A DNA stretch of 32,000 bases from an uncultured archaeon (GTDB lineage: Archaea > Asgardarchaeota > Thorarchaeia > Thorarchaeales > Thorarchaeaceae), in contig CAYHAA010000009.1 of NCBI GenBank assembly GCA_964354495.1, forward strand, positions 60,001 to 92,000, given 5' to 3'. A model generated the notes under the pieces. It had not been told where the DNA came from. It did no database searches and saw only the letters and a program-made list of their open reading frames with translations. The translations under genes were made by a program, and so were the position numbers. The number at the start of each line of letters is the position of its first letter. Within the stretch, counting starts at the first letter, position 1. Of the stretch, positions 19,301-25,115 are shown in pieces.

Positions 19301-19718
19301 TCTAGGAAGTGTTCAATTCCCTGGAAGTGTTCGTTTCGAACTTGCGCTCAGAGAGGGAGATTATGGTGTGGAGTTCAAATCAAGAATCAAAGCAGAAGGC
19401 TTTGGTGATGTCAGTGCGGGGTCTGGCGGCGAGCGATCTCTCATCGCCATCTCGTTGATTCTAGCCCTTCAAAGGTATAATCCTGCGCCAGTCTATGTAT
19501 TGGATGAGGTTGACACATTCCTCGATGCTACGAACACTGAACTTGTGAGCAGACTTTTCCATGATGCGTCCCGCAGAAGTCAATTCATCCTTCTAACGCC
19601 CGCCAAAAGCACTCACCTTCTGAAGCACGCTGACAAGATACTGGGCATCGTTTCACCCAATGGCGTAGAACCATCTGTAATAATCGAGAGCCCGAAGTTC
19701 AAGGGACAACAGGAGTGA
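16341..19718 (+). CDS. smc: SMC-family ATPase, SMC5/6-like
   Basis: GPNGSGKT, Q-loop region DNPLVFIPQE, two long coiled coils around a hinge (GPLIELF...AVEAVLP...AFIV), SGGERS, VLDEVD, QFILLTP; 1125 aa. Confidence 0.93.
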   Translation: MGNIRAYIESAKLDNFLSFYSGRVVFDRGLTVLAGPNGSGKTSVFHALKFALGSNQRENRYSKWSDFIRHGASTAQVEVIVKIDGQDRKFQRKIDRDGIPRAYVNGRRVKAAELRQIVQSFGLDTDNPLVFIPQERINAVRDMDPYEVRKLVEEGTGLDVLRDRIILQETEVVQSRQRLTAALAESKSVERELELLQHDLTRLEKKRALQEQEKALEKDLLWASLDDLTEKIDSIKTEIDGKEEGLVSILDEQTLVQSEVASNEQETESVEAKLSNLQIETGRIDAKIEEEERNLARIEGDSQRQVSELKQLEKEIKTETRNKEKLQEDIERITSTKEDTMEKQRQLRTSLQTIEDERNHLRDELEAFADWNTKRAESHGRYKALQAEIEGKDLLLRSVRERLQVEEAELQSIESKWSHTWSAMEKSDEKELAKKKGQLEREIASLNEERFRQSSIVSQLQKDIDELNVRLSETSKRIPDTVKKLKDAIAEHKLATVTGPLIELFTADDSIACAVEAVLPDNMTLAFIVTDESDFQILQKLRDNAEAPSPLILLKPSGDPGERPALKTEAGVEGWLWDRLNIDDETKKLLRRAIGDFVLTKNVRSATRLATKEGLRGVSVDGHVIIPEADKIVSNPKILPSGMVSTAPLQSRLSSADKELFLAKKRVTDTMMALDELTNQREEVLDLLSQMTRWSGTWERRRSLLETIPVQEERIAALDEELKGLQAELGKSERELRKLDNTQPPERSRLIGQDSALRIKHRQLQADLTRVDARANAAERDEEIKRQELKRIVENVTMLTNSLDELRAEILESKGVASKILQKIEVLRASQEEARNQNGGLAEEMGRLKETNRSLRARIVELNLVIKEQKIQVLQAKRQLTNMEYDLENLERDLDGQERPDVVKPLEQVRNELVKLRHVLDDYQDVSESVAHTETQLKGRLTTLVERVTELQEELEEAESTVKDIREQYHNGMNETLRNVEKNVNEVLGSVQFPGSVRFELALREGDYGVEFKSRIKAEGFGDVSAGSGGERSLIAISLILALQRYNPAPVYVLDEVDTFLDATNTELVSRLFHDASRRSQFILLTPAKSTHLLKHADKILGIVSPNGVEPSVIIESPKFKGQQE

Positions 19719-20374
19719 GAGTGACGAAAGAGAAGAGCCTTGCAGCAAGAGTCTACGAGATAGTACAGGCGGCTCGTTCTGGAGAGATTGATCCACTTGA
19801 ACTGCGATTGACAGACTCATACAGAGAACTGAAGGAACTGGCAGCAAGGATTGACTGTAGGCTTGACATCGATGAGATGTTGAATGAGGTTCTCGGGGCG
19901 AAGGTAAACCGTGTTCAGGAACTGGCGAGAGTTCTTGCTTCTCCAGAGATCTACGTTGCTCGTTTGAAGGAGAAATCAATGAGGGAAATTGCCAGACTCT
20001 TGGTGCAGAGGCAGCCAGTTGTTATAGGTCATCTTGAGCGATCCTCACTCAACGAGTCTCTTGACAGAATTGTTCAGTTCATAGATGCAATGACTCGTGA
20101 GGCACCTCAAGACCTGGTGCCAAAGATGAGCGGACTTCCGAATGGTTTCACTCTTGAAACTGAAGATACTGTCTTCATGGAAGACCTTGAGAAGTTCCTT
20201 ACAAGAATTCCTCAAGATGGAAAGGCCATCTTTGACGATATCATCGAGAGTGCTGAGCTTGATATCTTTCTCAAGCATTTCCTCTATGTCATAATCCTTG
20301 TATCCCAAGGACGTTTATTGTATAATCCTGCCACACGACAATTACAGAGGCCACTTTTTCCCGAGGCAACATAG
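19715..20374 (+). CDS. scpA: Kleisin (ScpA/Nse4-like)
   Basis: N-term EIVQAARSGEIDPLELRLTDSY resembles ScpA (LxxLxRxGEIDPWDIDI); C-term FDDII...FLYVIILVSQGRL fits the kleisin C-terminal wHTH; GTGA overlap with the smc stop. Confidence 0.75.
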   Translation: MRVTKEKSLAARVYEIVQAARSGEIDPLELRLTDSYRELKELAARIDCRLDIDEMLNEVLGAKVNRVQELARVLASPEIYVARLKEKSMREIARLLVQRQPVVIGHLERSSLNESLDRIVQFIDAMTREAPQDLVPKMSGLPNGFTLETEDTVFMEDLEKFLTRIPQDGKAIFDDIIESAELDIFLKHFLYVIILVSQGRLLYNPATRQLQRPLFPEAT

Positions 20375-20454
20375 AAACAATGGCAATCAATAGCTGCAGG
20401 GAACAGGTGCTCATTCTTAGGGAGGACCAATGCAGAGGCGGTGTGTTTCGACAT

Positions 20455-21804
20455 TCACGCAGACACCTCAAGAAGAAGCTCGCTGGGTGCTTCAAGGGAA
20501 TGGTTGTTTCCATCTGCAAGTCGGGAGTGCAACTTCAGTTTGGCAATAGCTGCAAAGCCCAGAAGTGAAACGACCACTAAGACAACAGACGCGCCAATGA
20601 AGGGAGGACCTGTCGAACCAGCAGTTTCAGCCCATACTCCGCCAATTGCCATTCCCATTACTTGTACAGCCGTAAATACGACATTAAAAAGAGAAAAGAC
20701 ACGACCGCGGAACCTATCTTCTACGAGCGTCTGCATCAATACACTGAGAGGTATGTTCAGAATCACATCAACTGCACCGATCATCGCCCAAGCAAGCAGT
20801 ACGCTCAAGAAATCAAACGCTATGACCAGTGCGAAGACACCAATGCCAGCTAGAAGACCAGCAAACGCAATGAGATACAATGGTCTCTCGATTTTGCTCT
20901 TGCGGCTTAGATAGACAGCCGCTGTAGCCCCTGTGGCAGCGCCAGCACTGAGTATCAATCCTATCTGAGCAGGTCCAAGCCCCAATGCGCCTTCGAAATA
21001 TGGCATCAGGAGTGCATTGAGTATTCCAGAGGAACCTGCGAGTAGCACTGCAAACACAAACAGGAATGAGAGAACTGCATTTCCTATGACATAGCGGCCG
21101 CCCTGAACTATCTGGTCCCGTAGTGATTCGTGCTCTACATACTTTCTCCGTGGGCTGAGATCAGTCGATATTCCGCGGAGAGCAATGGCTGATAGAATGA
21201 AGGTCATCGACGTGATGGCAAAGGCAAGGAAATAGTCGGGAGCAAGGAGCGCAATCAGGATACCTCCGAGAGGAGGAACGACTAGCTGAACAACCTGGAA
21301 AGTCATCTGAGATAGAGAGGATGCTGCGACTAGTTCGTCGCCTTCCACCAGATTGGGAATAGATGCGCTCCTTGCTGGAAAGAACCATGCATTTGCAGTT
21401 GCATGGATAAGCGTCAAGAGATACACCCAATAGATGGGGGGAATGAACGATGGAAAATGGATTGTTACAGGTATCAGTATAATTGCAGCAGCTCGAATAA
21501 TATCTGATGCAATCATGATTCTCTTGCGATTCCAACGATCAACATATACACCAATGAAGCCAGCAAACACGACAACAGGCAACACTTCAACCATGGCGAG
21601 TACTGCCATTGCCATGGTAGAACCTGTTAGGTCATAGGCATAGAACAGAAGGGCAAGGGCAGATATTGCAGTGCCAATATTCGATACAAGTTGTCCTAGC
21701 CAGAGGCGTGAGTAATCAGGATGGCGTAGAGCGGCCCCAAAGCCACTCGGCCGTAGTTCATCTGCAGCACCCTCAGGTTGCTGGTCAATCAACGATTCTA
21801 CCAT
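20455..21804 (-). CDS. MFS transporter (drug:H+ antiporter / macrolide-efflux-like)
   Basis: LWLGQLVSNIG, motif A GVYVDRWNRKRIMIASD, QTLVEDRFRGRVFS, about 12 hydrophobic segments; GAGGTG SD. Confidence 0.92.
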   Translation of the reverse strand: MVESLIDQQPEGAADELRPSGFGAALRHPDYSRLWLGQLVSNIGTAISALALLFYAYDLTGSTMAMAVLAMVEVLPVVVFAGFIGVYVDRWNRKRIMIASDIIRAAAIILIPVTIHFPSFIPPIYWVYLLTLIHATANAWFFPARSASIPNLVEGDELVAASSLSQMTFQVVQLVVPPLGGILIALLAPDYFLAFAITSMTFILSAIALRGISTDLSPRRKYVEHESLRDQIVQGGRYVIGNAVLSFLFVFAVLLAGSSGILNALLMPYFEGALGLGPAQIGLILSAGAATGATAAVYLSRKSKIERPLYLIAFAGLLAGIGVFALVIAFDFLSVLLAWAMIGAVDVILNIPLSVLMQTLVEDRFRGRVFSLFNVVFTAVQVMGMAIGGVWAETAGSTGPPFIGASVVLVVVSLLGFAAIAKLKLHSRLADGNNHSLEAPSELLLEVSA

Positions 21805-22390
21805 CCAAGGTGCACCTCTGTCATTTCCTCCGTCGAAAGCAGAGGTTCTCGTAAGGCTCGTCTCTGAAGGGCTGGATCGATTCTCTGGCGTGTCATTCTA
21901 GCACCCCATCCGCGATATGATCGTCAAAGCCAATGCATCAGCAATCTGTACATTGATCGACCGATTTCTCTTGGTCAGAAGAATCAATTGAGAATTATCT
22001 CGAAGAGTCATGATCATTCACATTCTCCTATGAACTGGTCAGTGGTAATGGTCGTTCTGAGCTGCAATGACCACATCTGTGACCACTACGTGACCACAAG
22101 TCAATGGGCTGGTGATCTGAGGTCATCATCATGACCATTCGCTCAGAAGATGCCATTGGCAACTACCTCAGACTTGAGAGGAATGCATAGGCAATAGCAT
22201 CAGTGCTCTGAACTTGGCGAAGAGCCTTGTTCTTTGGGAAGGTTGAGTTGTTGATTGTTGGAGCCATAATAATTCACAGGAAATACTGCTCAATATTGGT
22301 ATATATAGCGAAGCCACTTATGAGGGACACAGGATGAAGTCACAAGATGTGACGACCTCTAGAGCAAGTCACCGGTCCGGCAGGTCATAC

Positions 22391-22396
22391 TTTATA
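22391..22396 (+). promoter_or_regulatory. TATA box for the Kite gene
   Basis: TTTATA ending 27 nt before ATG 22423, consistent with a leaderless or short-leader transcript. Confidence 0.45.
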
Positions 22397-22422
22397 CCTG
22401 ATTGTACTGAGGAATTCGAAAC

Positions 22423-22926
22423 ATGAACGAGTATGCAGTGCTTGTTAAGCTCCTCACACGAACAGGAACACCCATTGGTGCAAGCATAGATGACATGCTC
22501 GATGCACTCGGTCTCCCTGAGGATGCCGGGAGGCATGTTCTATTCCAAAAGCTGAGTAACCTTCATGAGAGGGTCAGACCACTGGGTCTTGTTATCAAGC
22601 ACAATCCAGTATCAGGAGTCTTCTATCTTGACACCTTCAGCGAGGTTACGCTTCCTCAAGATGGTACCACACTGCCAGATAGGCTTGCGGCAACTCTTCT
22701 TATTGTAATGACACTGGCCTACCAAGATGGTGGCTGGGTGAATGTCGAGAGAGTCAGAGAGTTCAGGAAGAAGGCGCTGCAGGGTGTGATGGTCGATCTT
22801 CGAGAACTGCAGAGTCAGGGCTATGTTGATTTGGATCAGGACAAGAAGCGAGTACGCCTTGGAACAAAAGTGCCATTCGAGATCGACTACGAGGCATTCT
22901 TCAAAAACCTAGCAGAGAGTCAATAA
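22423..22926 (+). CDS. Kite-family tandem winged-helix protein (ScpB/Nse1/Nse3/MksB-like)
   Basis: 167 aa with two wHTH-like halves. LHERVRPLGLVIKHNPVSGVFYL fits the WH-A wing; LAATLLIVMTLAYQDG...LRELQSQGYV fits ScpB WH-B (ETLAIIAY...L...GLI). Lies 2 kb from smc-kleisin on the same strand. Confidence 0.65.
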   Translation: MNEYAVLVKLLTRTGTPIGASIDDMLDALGLPEDAGRHVLFQKLSNLHERVRPLGLVIKHNPVSGVFYLDTFSEVTLPQDGTTLPDRLAATLLIVMTLAYQDGGWVNVERVREFRKKALQGVMVDLRELQSQGYVDLDQDKKRVRLGTKVPFEIDYEAFFKNLAESQ

Positions 22927-22934
22927 CTGTTTCA

Positions 22935-22960
22935 GAAGGACGGTTCCTTCGCTAGTTTTA
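22935..22960 (+). terminator. Small hairpin + T-run after the Kite gene
   Basis: GAAGGA-CGGT-TCCTTC (22935-22950) followed by GCTAGTTTTA; the TTTTAT could alternatively be the TATA box of the next gene. Confidence 0.35.
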
Positions 22961-22997
22961 TCAGCAGTCAGATACGACTCATGACTGGTCAACAATC

Positions 22998-23357
22998 ATG
23001 TCCCACAGACGTTCTCTTCGATTTTCACAGTCTACCTGCCCAGTCTGTGGAGGCAAGGAAGTGGCCCGCGATGACCTCAAGGGAGACCTTCTTTGCACTA
23101 ACTGCGGACATATCGTGACCCGTACCGAATCGAGAAGTGTTGGTAAGTTCGATATCGCTCAACACCTCAAGCGAAACGGGAAGATGACCTTCCCGAGCTT
23201 GATTGAAGTCACTGGAGCCTCTGATGACAAGCTCTTTGGTGTGCTCCAAGGCATGGAGAGCATGGAACTCGTTGAACAGATAACAGGACAATACACTCTC
23301 ACAAAGAAAGGACAGAGATGGTACCGTCAAAGACTGGGACAGGAGTGGGGATACTAA
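22998..23357 (+). CDS. TFIIB-type Zn ribbon + winged-helix protein
   Basis: CPVCGG...KGDLLCTNCGHIV matches the TFIIB Zn-ribbon pattern; the C-half ends in LVEQITGQYTLTKKG, a typical wHTH wing. Confidence 0.75.
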   Translation: MSHRRSLRFSQSTCPVCGGKEVARDDLKGDLLCTNCGHIVTRTESRSVGKFDIAQHLKRNGKMTFPSLIEVTGASDDKLFGVLQGMESMELVEQITGQYTLTKKGQRWYRQRLGQEWGY

Positions 23358-23506
23358 GTCACGAGAGGCATCCCCTGTTCCTTAGTGGATACTATATTCA
23401 CATCATTTCTGGAGAGAGTTATTACGCTAAATTTTCCCGGCTGAAATAGATTCATTAGACCTTCAAACTTTGATTGAACGGGATTCGGTCCGATGAATAC
23501 CTAATT

Positions 23507-23765
23507 CTTCAATCTCCCTCCTACCACGCGATTGTGCTGCAAAACAGCACACTTGGATTGCGGATCGAATCCTTTCATCTTCTATATCGCAGATTCTCTT
23601 TCTATGCTCGACACATCAATGGATAAGTACTCACTTGAAACCCATTTTTCCAAATGCACCTAACTAAATGCTTAATATGCGTTCGAATACGGTACGCACG
23701 GGGCTTGGAACAGAGAGCTTCAAACTCCCCTCCTAACCACGCGAATATTCCTACGTCAGTAGGAA
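23507..23765. repeat. Two imperfect 25/27-nt direct repeats, each followed by a 7-bp hairpin
   Basis: CTTCAATCTCCCTCCTACCACGCGA (23507-23531) and CTTCAAACTCCCCTCCTAACCACGCGA (23718-23744); hairpins at 23533-23551 and 23748-23765. Confidence 0.55.
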
Positions 23766-23816
23766 CCTACTTTCCCTAGATTTTTCTCTGCGCCAGGCCC
23801 TTATCATCTTCTCCAT

Positions 23817-25007
23817 TCACAGCGACTTCTTTGTGATAATCAGGTCTTTGCCATCTATCTTCACTGGCATCGCCGGAGGCAGATCCAATAGCCAATCCTC
23901 GAGCTCCTCAGGTGTCTTAAAGCGAAGTAGTATACCCAGTCTATCAAGGGGTAATGTCTCATACCGAGTCATGATCTTCTTCATCTGGAACATGCGGAAT
24001 GCTTCAAGTTCAGCCAGCGCTTCTTCAGCAAGCTCCTTTGACTTGTCAAACCAAGGGCTCTCTTTCTCAAACTCCCAGATTTCTACAAGTCCTTCCACTG
24101 AGCCTGTTATGACGTATCTACCATCCGGTGTGACAACCATGGAATGGACATTATCCGTATGGGTCAAATCAGCAACGAGAACACCGCCGCGTAGGACCCA
24201 GACACGCACCGTTCCATCAGACGAACCGGTGATTACGTGCTGGCCATCAGTCGTTATGTGGATTGTGAGAATGGGCGCATGATGACCTGTCATCGTCTTA
24301 AGCAGAGTACCTGTTTCGAGGTCCCAGAGGTACACGATACCATCCTGATCGCCTGAGAGAATGTATCGAGAATCAGCAGTCATAACCAGAGCAGTCACAT
24401 GACCCTGATGTCCCTCAAGGAGTCTGAGTAGAACACCAAGTTCAAAGTCCCAAATCCAGACAGCGCCAACATCTCTTGTGCCAGGTGTCCGTTTGCTTCC
24501 AGAGATCAAATATCGCCCATCAGGACTCACCATCAATGAGTAAATCCCACGTCCATGGTCAGAACTACGCAGCATGACTCCTCTGTCTATATCCCAGTAC
24601 CTTGCAACACCGTCATCCCCACCAGTGACGATGAATCGCTGATCTGGGCTGACAGCGATTGCTGTGACATGAGCAGAGTTGGGTGCAAGAGACCGGATCA
24701 ACTCATGCGTTTCGAGGTCCCAAATCTTGACAGCGAGGTCCTTGTCGGCAATCGAAACAAGACGCTTACCATCTGGCATAACAACAAGCCTGTAGACGGG
24801 CCCATTATGACCGAGGAACTTATGGAGCTCCTTTCCTGATGCAAAGTCCCACAGGCGTATTGTGGTGTCTTGACCGCCCGAAACGATGACTCGACCATCT
24901 GGTGTGATTGCCAAGCTCCAGACAGTGAATTCGTGCCCTTCCATTTGACCACTTGGTGTCATCTCGTTGACCAAATTCGGGCATCTCCTCATTCCAGTTG
25001 TTGGCAA
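23817..25007 (-). CDS. Seven-bladed WD40 protein with C-terminal small helical/wHTH (PCI-like) domain
   Basis: Seven repeats countable (GHEFT..LWD, GHNGP..IWD, PNSAH..YWD, DHGRG..IWD, GHQGH..LWD, GHHAP..VWV, THTDN..IWE). True start probably 5-15 codons downstream of 25007. Confidence 0.88.
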   Translation of the reverse strand: MPTTGMRRCPNLVNEMTPSGQMEGHEFTVWSLAITPDGRVIVSGGQDTTIRLWDFASGKELHKFLGHNGPVYRLVVMPDGKRLVSIADKDLAVKIWDLETHELIRSLAPNSAHVTAIAVSPDQRFIVTGGDDGVARYWDIDRGVMLRSSDHGRGIYSLMVSPDGRYLISGSKRTPGTRDVGAVWIWDFELGVLLRLLEGHQGHVTALVMTADSRYILSGDQDGIVYLWDLETGTLLKTMTGHHAPILTIHITTDGQHVITGSSDGTVRVWVLRGGVLVADLTHTDNVHSMVVTPDGRYVITGSVEGLVEIWEFEKESPWFDKSKELAEEALAELEAFRMFQMKKIMTRYETLPLDRLGILLRFKTPEELEDWLLDLPPAMPVKIDGKDLIITKKSL

Positions 25008-25059
25008 CTGATGCAGTGTGATAAATGGAAAAAAAGCTTATGGCATATACCGAGGATAC

Positions 25060-25095
25060 AAGAAAAAGAGAAGGAGGGTGGCACGAAGTGCCACC
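25060..25095 (-). terminator. Intrinsic terminator-like hairpin downstream of hppA
   Basis: Minus strand GGTGGCAC-TTC-GTGCCACC (perfect 8-bp stem, 25077-25095) followed by a pyrimidine/T-rich tract, about 20 nt after the hppA stop. Confidence 0.65.
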
Positions 25096-25115
25096 ACACT
25101 AATTTGGCGCTCTGA

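Noticed and set aside
5688-19718. Mre11-Rad50 (SbcCD) interpretation of phosphoesterase + SMC-like ATPase
   Set aside because: The ATPase has a globular hinge and no central CxxC Zn hook; the 230-aa phosphoesterase lacks a capping domain and is 10 kb away.
22068-22097. CRISPR array or replication origin
   Set aside because: The repeats are 7 bp with 4-5 bp gaps, not CRISPR geometry; no ORB-like motif and no cdc6/orc1 gene nearby.
16341-23357. Wadjet (JetABCD) anti-plasmid system
   Set aside because: No Toprim/JetD nuclease in the window, gene order differs, and the kleisin is short and ScpA-like. Not fully excluded if a nuclease is encoded elsewhere.
22998-23357. Nse2/Nse1 RING-type ligase homologue
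   Set aside because: Only four Cys in a TFIIB-ribbon spacing; a RING or SP-RING needs more ligands in a different pattern.
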